Below, piece after piece: positions 9,922 through 19,125 of a stretch of DNA of 43,872 bases; position 1 is the stretch's first letter, and each line of letters starts with the position of its first letter. Made by a program: the position numbers and the translations under genes. The notes beneath the pieces were generated by a model that had not been told where the DNA came from, ran no database searches, and saw only the letters and a list, made by a program, of their open reading frames with translations. The stretch comes from Candidatus Hodarchaeota archaeon (GTDB lineage: Archaea; Asgardarchaeota; Heimdallarchaeia; Hodarchaeales; Hodarchaeaceae), in NCBI GenBank assembly GCA_016839815.1, contig JAEOTM010000102.1, forward strand, positions 1 to 43,872. The letters are read 5' to 3'.

Positions 9922-12828
9922 TCAAACTTTCTCCAAGAAATTGAGATACCGGCGTAAAACTGCAATATATCGCTGTGTATCAATTTGGCCTTCTGAGTAT
10001 TTGTTTGATTGCGTTTCGTACAATGATTGCCATTTCTGATTCTCTTCAATACTCATATCTAAATTCAGAGTGAGTGATGAAATCTTCTCCTGTAATTTTT
10101 TAATTTCATCCGATGAAACACTATCTACGACTGTTTTCTGAGGTGTCTGGACTTCTTCAACATGTTCTGGAGTAGTTTGCATCTTCTCAATTACAGCATC
10201 GATATCAAATTCTGCTGGTTTATAGAAGCTTCTTGCTGTTTTGAGTTCTTTACGACCTGAAATAGCTGCAATAATATTAGTTTGAGATGCCCGTCTTGCA
10301 GGAACCCATGTACTCGCTAATGTAACTAACCCAGCAAGACCTACCCATAGTATAAACATCGCTGTATCAACAAGAGAGTTAATAGAAACATCCACAGGTA
10401 TACTCTGCCCAATATACCAAGATATTAGCTCTGCTCCTAAGAAGGAGTTAAAAATCCCTAATATAACTCCAGTAAATCCAAGTACACTCGCTTCAAATAA
10501 AAACACAAAAAATACCCTTCGCGTTGACATTCCGATTGAGCGAGTAATTGCAACATCTCTTTCCATTCTTATGGTTGAGACCAAGATGGCTATAAATTGA
10601 GTTAATCCTGATAGAAAGAATGAATGGACAAATATCAATTGGATGAACGACCCCTGAACTCCCAGACTTGCCTTAATCATAGAATGATAATCAAAGATTG
10701 TCATCACTGATTTAAGTTCAGGATAGTTCGCTTCTATATCCCGTACTACACTAACCTTAGGAAAGGATTCATCATAATCTCCCCAAAACCATTTAGAGGT
10801 ATCTTTACCCCAAAGTTCCTGAAACATCACAGTATCGATAAAAATGTATTCCCCATTCCTGATGAAGGGATTTCCATGAAGGATTCCACTTACCACTCCG
10901 CGAATGTTGGTACCATTGGCAGCACCAATCCAGACCTGATCATTTAGTGCTAGATCGAATTTTTCTACAATTGCGTCGGTGACAACAACATTAGGAGAAG
11001 AATCATCAAGTAGATTAGAAATCGTAACCTCGGAAGGTGAAGTAATAAATTCATCCACAAAATACGCTATCGACGATCTATCGACACCAAAATAGTGCAA
11101 ATTTCCCCCTATTTCGAAGGAGGATCGTTGTTCCTGTATAAAACTAGTCTGTTGGATCCATTCTAAATCAGCTTTGAGTGTTTCTGTAAAATCGTTGGGT
11201 TTTTCCAAGTGATCCCAGGTTTCAATCACAATATTCAAATTATCTCCAAAACTTTCTTCATAAAAAGCTGGAACAGCATCAAACAATCCACTACTCACCA
11301 TGCTAACAATTAGAATTAAACTTAGGGAAAGCGCTGCTGTGAATATAGTAATCATAGCTTTCTGCATGTCACGTTGAATATCCTTTGTAGCAAGAAGCAT
11401 TGGAGCTTTTGTGGAACGAACCAATACTCTAATCGCTATCTTTGGGACAAATGTGACTAAAGCTCCTTCGATCGCAAGGGTTCCTAAGAAAATTGCGGCG
11501 ATAACTATTGCCTGTGTGGAGCCAATTTCAAAACCAAGAAAACTTGATTCCTCTATTACGCTCATAGTTATGAATCCTGCACCTACTAGTAGGACCCCTA
11601 ATACAAGAGAAGATTTCCATGTAATAAATCTACGACGAGATTTCCTGAATATTCGAGCACTGTGAATAGTTTGGACTACTGGCATACTCATTGCGATCCA
11701 TAAAGGCCATAATCCAGAAAGGATTGTAACAGTAATTCCAGTAAAAAGAGACATCCCAAAAGTCGTAGGTGATATCACTAACGATGAAAGACTTGAAACA
11801 CCCAGAGTATACCTAAATACCATCAAAAGGAAAGTGGCAAAACCTAATCCAGCAACACCACCAATCAGACTTCCTCCAAGTCCTATCAAAAATGCTTCTG
11901 TGAGTATAAGTAATACTACTTGTCTTTTACCTGTACCAACAGATCGGAGTATACCAAATTCCCGAGATCTTTCTTTCATACTAAATCCAAAAATATTCGT
12001 GATAAAAAGAAATTCAATAGCATATGAAGCAATAATTAGGACTGTCATTGCAGTAGAGTAGGTTCGAAGACCCGTTGCTTTTAGTTCATCAATATTCTTT
12101 TCTCGAATAATTATGTAATCATCATAAGCATCGTTTAACTCATTCGCAATATCGTTTAATTTCAGAAGATCAGGTACCATCATAGCAATGTACGGTTCAA
12201 TGGATGAAGTATCATCAAAGAGTGATAGCAGATAATCAATTTCGAAAACGATATAAGCCCCTGGTCGATTTCCAAAGGGATAGGCCTCATCAATAATTGC
12301 AGAAACAACAAAACTTCCTCCTAAAAAGTGTTCCGAAGGTACAGCATCCATAACGAAGTTATCTTCTGGGTCAAGCAAATATAGTCTAGCAATTTCTTCA
12401 GACATTAAGATCTTATTATTTTCAAGTGATCTAGATCCAGCTACTCTATCAAACCTCGAAAAATCTGGATGATCTGTCGTAATTCCATAAATGTAAGTAT
12501 CTCCAAGATCGTTTGGCAACTGGAGTAGGGTAGATAAATTTAAAGTAACAGCTGGAGAAACTCCTTCAACTTTAAAAGAGTCTTGAATTTGAGGGATTTG
12601 AGCTCTTATATCTGCTAATGTTTGATTCTCTTCTCCATACATCGTAATATCAGTATAATTATGATTCCGATTTGTTTGTATAAAATCTTCCTTTAGAGAA
12701 TCAACAGAAATTGCAATACCAATCTGCAATGACACTGTAAGTGCCACTCCAGCTAAAAGCATATATGAACGCATCTTGGATCTTTTAATATTTCTAATGG
12801 ACAACATAACAAATGGGAAGCGAGCCAT
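9922..12828 (-). CDS. FtsX/MacB-like ABC permease (duplicated)
   Basis: Two FtsX domains: ERSREFGILRSVG...EAFLIG and ERDVAITRSIG...EASVLG; PARRAS. Confidence 0.92.
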   Translation of the reverse strand: MARFPFVMLSIRNIKRSKMRSYMLLAGVALTVSLQIGIAISVDSLKEDFIQTNRNHNYTDITMYGEENQTLADIRAQIPQIQDSFKVEGVSPAVTLNLSTLLQLPNDLGDTYIYGITTDHPDFSRFDRVAGSRSLENNKILMSEEIARLYLLDPEDNFVMDAVPSEHFLGGSFVVSAIIDEAYPFGNRPGAYIVFEIDYLLSLFDDTSSIEPYIAMMVPDLLKLNDIANELNDAYDDYIIIREKNIDELKATGLRTYSTAMTVLIIASYAIEFLFITNIFGFSMKERSREFGILRSVGTGKRQVVLLILTEAFLIGLGGSLIGGVAGLGFATFLLMVFRYTLGVSSLSSLVISPTTFGMSLFTGITVTILSGLWPLWIAMSMPVVQTIHSARIFRKSRRRFITWKSSLVLGVLLVGAGFITMSVIEESSFLGFEIGSTQAIVIAAIFLGTLAIEGALVTFVPKIAIRVLVRSTKAPMLLATKDIQRDMQKAMITIFTAALSLSLILIVSMVSSGLFDAVPAFYEESFGDNLNIVIETWDHLEKPNDFTETLKADLEWIQQTSFIQEQRSSFEIGGNLHYFGVDRSSIAYFVDEFITSPSEVTISNLLDDSSPNVVVTDAIVEKFDLALNDQVWIGAANGTNIRGVVSGILHGNPFIRNGEYIFIDTVMFQELWGKDTSKWFWGDYDESFPKVSVVRDIEANYPELKSVMTIFDYHSMIKASLGVQGSFIQLIFVHSFFLSGLTQFIAILVSTIRMERDVAITRSIGMSTRRVFFVFLFEASVLGFTGVILGIFNSFLGAELISWYIGQSIPVDVSINSLVDTAMFILWVGLAGLVTLASTWVPARRASQTNIIAAISGRKELKTARSFYKPAEFDIDAVIEKMQTTPEHVEEVQTPQKTVVDSVSSDEIKKLQEKISSLTLNLDMSIEENQKWQSLYETQSNKYSEGQIDTQRYIAVLRRYLNFLEKV

Positions 12829-13011
12829 ACCTTGTTTCTCCTAATAAAACGTATTTGATAAAAATTTAAAATGTCTGCTTACAGAAAGACACTTTTAGTG
12901 ATTATGGCACAAAGCTTTTCGTTAGTTTATTAATTTTAATCCATCTAAAGAACCCTCAGATTTTGTAATGTTAAATCTACCTTGTAATTACTTTACCATC
13001 GTTAAAATCCT

Positions 13012-13656
13012 CTATCTACGTACTATTAGAAACTGAAAGAGAATCCATAATGCAAAACAGAATGATGTCACTTTTTGAATTAATGGCTCTATCTCTGAAA
13101 ACACTCCTAGTATGAATAGAATTTCAAATAATACTATTGAAATACCTGCAATTCCACTATAGTTTGGGTAATCAGGTTCAATGAATATCGCGAGTGAGTA
13201 ACAAAATAGGGAAACTGAAATAGTCAGATAATAAGCAACAGAAAACATAGCATGAAGATCAAGCCATAAATTTATTGGGACTAAAGCAATTCCAAATAAA
13301 GTAGGTATGGCGAACATTCCAAATATCGATCCTAACCTTCCGATATCCCTTGCGCGTGATGAATGGAAAAAAATTGTATAATACGTCAACCAAAAGGGAA
13401 TAAAGAGAAAACCTGTAATAATTGTACCTAATATAAAGAAAATTAAAGAAAGAATATTGTCATTTCCTTCTGGTGTTACAGTTCTTCCCAAATCACTATA
13501 ATAATGGGTAAAGAAATCATACCCTCCAGGATAAAACATTGCTGCAGTTAGAATAGAGCCATAGTAAAGAATAAAAGCTATTATAGCTAAAATACATGCA
13601 TTCCGAATTCTATTAATGGTTTCATTTTTTTGGGAAGTATTTTTAATCAAATTCAC
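13012..13656 (-). CDS. DUF998-like membrane protein
   Basis: YPGGYDFFTHYYSDLG motif, about 6 TM segments, conserved His (LHAMF), QK near the C-terminus. Confidence 0.7.
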   Translation of the reverse strand: MNLIKNTSQKNETINRIRNACILAIIAFILYYGSILTAAMFYPGGYDFFTHYYSDLGRTVTPEGNDNILSLIFFILGTIITGFLFIPFWLTYYTIFFHSSRARDIGRLGSIFGMFAIPTLFGIALVPINLWLDLHAMFSVAYYLTISVSLFCYSLAIFIEPDYPNYSGIAGISIVLFEILFILGVFSEIEPLIQKVTSFCFALWILFQFLIVRR

Positions 13657-13812
13657 TTCATCTTCGCCTGTTTAATAATTTGTGTTCAATGTCTACTCTT
13701 ATCTTTTGTTGAGGAGAGAGTGAAAAGTTTATTAAAACAAGAATCAATTCACTAGGAAATTGAATAATAATTCATTACATATATCTAAAATCTTTGATCA
13801 CCTGGACTGGAA

Positions 13813-15360
13813 ATGAATCAGAAGAAGCTAGAAGATCTCTATATAACTGGAAATTATTCAGCACTTTTAGAAGAAATCTCTCTCTTAAACTACAACAGTC
13901 CATCAACGACGTTTAACAACCTTGAAAGAGCTATTTGTTTATCTTACCATAGTAGAACCTTAATTCGACTTGGAAAAATTAATGATGCTGAGAAACTCAT
14001 CCAAAAAGTTGTAAATAAAAATTTAAAAAGAGATTTCTCTATTTCAGAACTGATTCACCAAACTACTATAATTAATTTGCAAATTACTAGAGGAAATACT
14101 TCCGAATCGATTGATAATGGATTAAGCACGTTATCATTGATTGATGAGAATTTGGAAATATTATCTGAATATCCTCGGATATTTTCTTTTTGGAGCATAT
14201 TTCTGTACTTCCTCATTGGAATGGCATATTTTTATCAATTTCAGAATGATCAGGCAAAAGAGTTTTTTCAGAAATGCCTGGGTGACGATCATACAAACCT
14301 CTATGTAAAAGCTAAGAGTTTATACTACACAGCATTTCTTGAACTAGAGAAGGGCGAGTTAACTGAGTTTTTCAAATATCTTGAAAGAAGTTTAAGGATT
14401 TATCACTCTATTGATGCCAAACAAGGAATTGCTTGGGTGAAAGCATGGTTAGGAAATTACTATCTTCAAAAAGGGGATCTAAATACCGCACAGATAAATT
14501 TTACTGAAGCATTGGATCTTTTTGGAAAGATCAAAGAACAACAGGGTGTTAATTTAGTTAATTCTTTAATAGGACTAATGTTATATCAGCAAGGGAAGTT
14601 AGAACAGGCAAGAGATGTCTTAGAAAGAAGTTTTACTTCATCTATTGAAATTGGGAACCCAATGATTACTTCTTATTGTCTTATTCCGTTGGTTTTGCTT
14701 CATATTGAATTGGGAAGCCGATCAAAGGCAGAAAAATATATTCAAGAATTCAAAAAATTAAGTAAGTCTCAAAGCAGTGATCGTGTAAAAGTGCATCGCA
14801 TTGCAACTGAGGCCATATTTTTAAAATCCAGCCCTCGTTTGATTGATAAAGCCCATGCGCAAAAGCTTTTCCTTCAATTATTACAAGATAAAGATGAGGA
14901 AATTCAATCTCATGGATCTTATGTGTGGATCACCTCAGACAAATTTTTCTCATTCTTTGTGATTTTTCATCTTGCAGAACTATACTTAGATGAGTTTAAA
15001 CTCTCAGAGGACAATGTAATTCTACAGGAAGTCCAAGATTTAATCAATGATGAACTTCAGAGTGCCCGTGACCAAAAGTTTTCCCCTGAATATATAGAGC
15101 TGTCACTATTACAAGCGAAATTAATGATCATTGAAGGAAAGATCAAAAAAAGCTTATTAATCCTTGAAGAAATCAAACAAATTGCTGATATCAATGATTT
15201 TCATCGTTTGAAAGAAAAAATTGGATTAGAGATTAAGCGGATTGACAGAGAATTTACAAAATGGGATTCAGCCGTTTCTGTTAAAGAGAGAATAAAACAA
15301 GTAGAAATTGAGAAATATCTGAAAGAAGTACAGAAGTTTTTGACCTTTCATCATCAATAA
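13813..15360 (+). CDS. Tetratricopeptide repeat protein (paralogue of 5503..7020)
   Basis: WLGNYYLQKGDLNTA and LIGLMLYQQGKLEQA repeats; C-terminal KW...ERI...EKY motif shared with the first TPR gene. Confidence 0.88.
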   Translation: MNQKKLEDLYITGNYSALLEEISLLNYNSPSTTFNNLERAICLSYHSRTLIRLGKINDAEKLIQKVVNKNLKRDFSISELIHQTTIINLQITRGNTSESIDNGLSTLSLIDENLEILSEYPRIFSFWSIFLYFLIGMAYFYQFQNDQAKEFFQKCLGDDHTNLYVKAKSLYYTAFLELEKGELTEFFKYLERSLRIYHSIDAKQGIAWVKAWLGNYYLQKGDLNTAQINFTEALDLFGKIKEQQGVNLVNSLIGLMLYQQGKLEQARDVLERSFTSSIEIGNPMITSYCLIPLVLLHIELGSRSKAEKYIQEFKKLSKSQSSDRVKVHRIATEAIFLKSSPRLIDKAHAQKLFLQLLQDKDEEIQSHGSYVWITSDKFFSFFVIFHLAELYLDEFKLSEDNVILQEVQDLINDELQSARDQKFSPEYIELSLLQAKLMIIEGKIKKSLLILEEIKQIADINDFHRLKEKIGLEIKRIDREFTKWDSAVSVKERIKQVEIEKYLKEVQKFLTFHHQ

Positions 15361-15399
15361 GATAGGAAACTCGAATTGGAATGAAGGAGGTGATTATGA

Positions 15400-15792
15400 T
15401 TGACAAGTTTGAAAGATTCGATTGATAGTCTATGGAAAGAATATGCTGCAGCTGTTGTTGCTAGTGATATCGAACGCTGGATATCTTTGTGGATTGATAA
15501 AGGAATTCAAATGCCACCAAATGCTCCTGTAAATATTGGTAAAGAAAAGATTAAAGCTTTCACACAAACTCTTATGAATGGACCTCCAGTATCTAAAATG
15601 GTCGTCAATAGTGAAGAAGTTAGAGAAACTAGTGATTGGGGATTTTCTCGTGGAAACTATTGGTTTGAAATGACTCCGAAAGAAGGAGAAACAGTAAAAG
15701 TGATAGGGAAATTTACTACAATATTTGAAAAACAGGAAGATGGGTCTTGGAAGATTGCTCGAGATTGTTTCAACTATGATACGCCGCTTTAA
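15400..15792 (+). CDS. SnoaL/NTF2-like (DUF4440/YybH) protein
   Basis: QMPPNAP..GKEKI and GKFTTIFEKQEDGSWKIARD; GGAGGTGA RBS upstream. Confidence 0.88.
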   Translation: MTSLKDSIDSLWKEYAAAVVASDIERWISLWIDKGIQMPPNAPVNIGKEKIKAFTQTLMNGPPVSKMVVNSEEVRETSDWGFSRGNYWFEMTPKEGETVKVIGKFTTIFEKQEDGSWKIARDCFNYDTPL

Positions 15793-15887
15793 CTAATTCT
15801 TGTGGAAAACAAAAGAAAAAGAATTAAAATTAGCAATATTAATCGAGAAAAACGTGAAAATTTAAAATTCGAGAATAAATTTCACAT

Positions 15888-15920
15888 AAAAAAAAAGAGG
15901 AGCTAACTATCGTCAGCTCC
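15888..15920 (-). terminator. Hairpin plus U-tract terminator of 15930..16451
   Basis: Minus strand reads GGAGCTGAC-GATA-GTTAGCTCC (9-bp stem, one G-U) followed by TC-T9. Confidence 0.75.
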
Positions 15921-15929
15921 AATTATCAT

Positions 15930-16451
15930 TTAATAAAGGAAACCCCTTACGTAAATGTCCCCCTGTAACCCTACATCTGGAGCACCAGGACCCCAGAATA
16001 TACCTCGTCCATTAAGGTTTTCTAATTCTCCTGTTCCACTTTCAATTAACCATTGACCGTCCCATTCGGAAAATCCATCGGGTCTTGAACCCCAAAAATA
16101 CATCAATAAGGTCCCTGATTCCCCGTTGACTTCACCCTCAAAAAAGACAAAACCAACAACCGACCATGCTCCAGAAGCAGATATCACTACAACATCTTGT
16201 TCTGTCGATGTCCCTTCAAAAGTTCCTGACCAAACTGCATCCTCTCTTGTCCTCATAATCGTATCGCCATTTATAACCTGTACATCTAGAATCTCAGGTG
16301 TATATTGCCAAAGGCTATTGGCAAATGTAAACCTATGTCTCCCAACTCTGCCTGCATTAGCGGATAATAAGGGTGCGACTAATACAATGAGAAACAGGGA
16401 AAATAAGAAAACCTGTGCTTTTTTATTAACTTTAATCTTATTCACATCCAA
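15930..16451 (-). CDS. Secreted beta-barrel protein, DUF3224/allene-oxide-cyclase-like
   Basis: Signal peptide ending LSANA; WSGTFEGTS, FEGEVNGESGTL and GTGELENLNGRG motifs. Confidence 0.65.
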   Translation of the reverse strand: MDVNKIKVNKKAQVFLFSLFLIVLVAPLLSANAGRVGRHRFTFANSLWQYTPEILDVQVINGDTIMRTREDAVWSGTFEGTSTEQDVVVISASGAWSVVGFVFFEGEVNGESGTLLMYFWGSRPDGFSEWDGQWLIESGTGELENLNGRGIFWGPGAPDVGLQGDIYVRGFLY

Positions 16452-16480
16452 ATTTCAATCTCAATTAAGATACAATTTAC

Positions 16481-16529
16481 ATTACATCTTAATAGTTACT
16501 ATTGTATCATAATAACATTTATAAGTTTT
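16481..16529 (-). promoter_or_regulatory. Promoter/operator element copy A (BRE-TATA plus palindrome)
   Basis: 39/49 ungapped identity to 18975..19023. Minus-strand AAAC-TTATAAAT TATA-like box; perfect AATAGT-N-ACTATT palindrome at 16491..16503. Confidence 0.7.
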
Positions 16530-16599
16530 ACCATAGTTAATGAAATGCTATACATAAAAATACCTATAACAATTAACAACCAATATTATTTTACGAAGG

Positions 16600-17172
16600 T
16601 TGAATTGCGTTTCTTTTGTTGAGAAATGGTGCAATCCCATGGCTAAAGACGATGAGAAACTACAAAAGCTACCCATCCGAGTAGATCTTGATGATGAAGA
16701 CGCAAAAAAGTTTAAGTACATTCAAAATAATTTTAAATTGAAGAACAAAGCTGAAGTTTTACGTTTTTGTGTTAATAAAGTCTATCATGGGATAGCGTTA
16801 GAAATTGATAACGATATGTACAACGAAATTCATAAGATCATTTCTAGTAAATCAATAAAGATCAAGTACGCAATAACCAGTGTTGATGATTTCATTAAAC
16901 GCGCAATGAGCGAATTTTTGACTATATTGAAAGAAGAATGGAGTCTACGAAATTGGAATATGCGACAAACCCTTTCTGAAGAAGAGAATGATACTGCTTT
17001 AGCACTTCTTGAATTACAACTTCAAAAAATGCCAGGAGTCACCATTGAGGATTTAGCTCGGCACATGAAGAAAGATAAAGATCTGTTAACCAAACATCTT
17101 GAAAAATTCATGACAGATGCACTCCTCGATTTTAGAGAGTCTCATGGTAAGATTTATTATTATGTCCAATGA
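16600..17172 (+). CDS. DNA-binding protein: two ribbon-helix-helix-like units plus C-terminal winged HTH (likely start ATG 16639)
   Basis: IRVDLDDEDAKKF...NKAEVLRFCV (CopG-like), LEIDNDMYNEI...SVDDFIKRAMSEF, then VTIEDLARHMKKDKDLLTKHLEKF...GKIYYY. Confidence 0.65.
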   Translation: MNCVSFVEKWCNPMAKDDEKLQKLPIRVDLDDEDAKKFKYIQNNFKLKNKAEVLRFCVNKVYHGIALEIDNDMYNEIHKIISSKSIKIKYAITSVDDFIKRAMSEFLTILKEEWSLRNWNMRQTLSEEENDTALALLELQLQKMPGVTIEDLARHMKKDKDLLTKHLEKFMTDALLDFRESHGKIYYYVQ

Positions 17173-17942
17173 CAAATGAAAAATTGGGTATTGATTTCAT
17201 GAAAAAAATTCTCATTCATAGTTATAAAGGTGGTACAGGTAAAACTACGGTAGCTGTTAATCTAGCTAGTATCCTGTCGCAGAATACGAAAGTTCTTTTA
17301 ATAGAAAATGATTTCAGTATGCCCTCCTTTGTTAATATCTTTAAACACGAACCAAATGCTTTTTTCAATGATTTTTGTACTGGAAGTGCAACTTTTAGCG
17401 AAATAATTCAGTCTAATCTCAAACCAAGTCTAGATATAATCTTTGCTGACACTCAATTTAATCCTTCAGCAGAGATTATGGGATCAAATCAAGCATGGTT
17501 CCTTAAACTACTAGAGAAGATGATGGAAAATCTCAAAGCATGTGAAGAGATATACGAGTATGTCATTTTTGATACACCACCAGGATGGCAACTCATCCTT
17601 GTCAATCTGATTGCTTTAGCAAATGTGGCAATTCTCCTGCTTAGACCCAATTCATATGAAGTAATGGGTACTAAAAGATTGATAGAAATCCTTTACAAGA
17701 GAGCAAAACCATCAATGAATTTCGATGTAAATCTTCTTTTCAATCAAGTACCAGAAGTAGATATGATAAAAGATCTCGAGGGATGGGCGGAAGAACTTCA
17801 AATTGAAGGAATAAGTTATTTAGGTCACATTTCTTGCTCATGTCAGACGGCCTATGAGATGGCACATGAGACAACAATATTTCCCCTTGAACATGAATTT
17901 TCTCAATCATTACAACAAGTTATAAGTAATTTAAAGATATAA
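17169..17942 (+). CDS. ParA/MinD family ATPase
   Basis: Deviant Walker A HSYKGGTGKTT, VLLIEND, Walker B YVIFDTPPG, LLFNQV; ATGA overlap with the upstream gene. Confidence 0.92.
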   Translation: MTNEKLGIDFMKKILIHSYKGGTGKTTVAVNLASILSQNTKVLLIENDFSMPSFVNIFKHEPNAFFNDFCTGSATFSEIIQSNLKPSLDIIFADTQFNPSAEIMGSNQAWFLKLLEKMMENLKACEEIYEYVIFDTPPGWQLILVNLIALANVAILLLRPNSYEVMGTKRLIEILYKRAKPSMNFDVNLLFNQVPEVDMIKDLEGWAEELQIEGISYLGHISCSCQTAYEMAHETTIFPLEHEFSQSLQQVISNLKI

Positions 17943-17990
17943 ACTTCTTATTAGAATTATTTTGTCAAAAAAAGGAAGTAATGGAGTTTT

Positions 17991-18917
17991 CTATCGTCTC
18001 CGCTTACTTATGTGGTAAATGCTAACCATAACGATAACTAAAACTACTCCAAGATCTAATCCAGTAGTCTCACGTGTGGAGGTTATAGTAGTAGTTGTAT
18101 CCACAGAAGTTGGTGGTGCGTCTGTAGACGTTTCGGTGGGTGTTGTAGTGGTTGTCGTAGTAGGTGATAGATGATCTTCAACAGTAAGATTATCGAATGA
18201 AATTTCTCCTTCAAATAAAGCAAACTCAAAAATTTCTGATGTAGTGATTTCATTATTAGTAACTTGAAATAAGCGTTCTGAATCAAGATCGACACTAAAT
18301 TCTCCTGAAGGAAATTTACGTGTAATGTTCATATGATGGGAACCCACCAAATCATTAGGGGAAGAGGGACGGTACATCCAGAGAGCTTCATAAATATCGA
18401 AGTCGCCCTGTGTGTGGTGTTCTCTTCCAATCCAGAGCCATAAAGATATTGTATTTTCTCCCAACCAAAACGCTTTTCCAGGTGAGATATAAATGATGTA
18501 TGACTTCATAGCGGCTTTAAGCTCTTGGTACGTTATTCCTGTTAGGTCAATGTTATCCCCACCATAATTGTTCCCAATGAACATTATCCCAAAAACAGTC
18601 TTATCAATCTGATCATTAGCTATATGGAAGTCAAAACTCCAGGTTCCATACGCTACTGAGCTATTATGAATAGCATCAGCTAACATTTGACAATTTGGAA
18701 GTGGTGCTTGCATGTTTAAGGATCCATTAGTAATAATTGGGGTATAATTCATTGGTTGAAATGGGTCGACATATCCTCCAGCATCATAACTGAGTAGAAA
18801 CCAATCGTCATAGGGCGGATTCTCGAAGTCCTCGTCCCATACAAGAACAGCAGAAGTTTGGTTTATAGTTGAGATAAGAATTAGAATTACCAAGCTTAAT
18901 ATCAAGTTTTTTTTCAT
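17991..18917 (-). CDS. Secreted/surface protein (ConA-like beta-sandwich) with Thr-rich linker and C-terminal anchor
   Basis: Signal peptide; VWDEDFE...AYGTWSFDF...ISFDNLTV; poly-Thr; hydrophobic tail plus KRRR. Confidence 0.75.
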   Translation of the reverse strand: MKKNLILSLVILILISTINQTSAVLVWDEDFENPPYDDWFLLSYDAGGYVDPFQPMNYTPIITNGSLNMQAPLPNCQMLADAIHNSSVAYGTWSFDFHIANDQIDKTVFGIMFIGNNYGGDNIDLTGITYQELKAAMKSYIIYISPGKAFWLGENTISLWLWIGREHHTQGDFDIYEALWMYRPSSPNDLVGSHHMNITRKFPSGEFSVDLDSERLFQVTNNEITTSEIFEFALFEGEISFDNLTVEDHLSPTTTTTTTPTETSTDAPPTSVDTTTTITSTRETTGLDLGVVLVIVMVSIYHISKRRR

Positions 18918-18974
18918 TTTTCCTCTTAACTCACTTTTACCTCATAATAAATGTATAGACAATATCAGAATTCT

Positions 18975-19023
18975 ATTATATCCTAATACTTACTATTGTA
19001 AAATAATAGCACATATAAACTTT
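18975..19023 (-). promoter_or_regulatory. Promoter/operator element copy B
   Basis: 39/49 identity to 16481..16529. Minus-strand AAAGT-TTATATGT TATA-like box; AATACTTACTATT palindrome with one mismatch. Confidence 0.7.
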
Positions 19024-19125
19024 GTGATATTAATTGCTAGGTAAACTTTAATCCTATCTTCCTTACTAAAAGATTTTAGACTGGATAAGAATCATTTTCA
19101 GTCCAAGAGATTGAGGTCAAGTCAT

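Noticed and set aside
16600-17942. ParA pair as evidence for an integrated plasmid or virus
   Set aside because: No integrase, Rep, tRNA att site or capsid genes; neighbours look chromosomal
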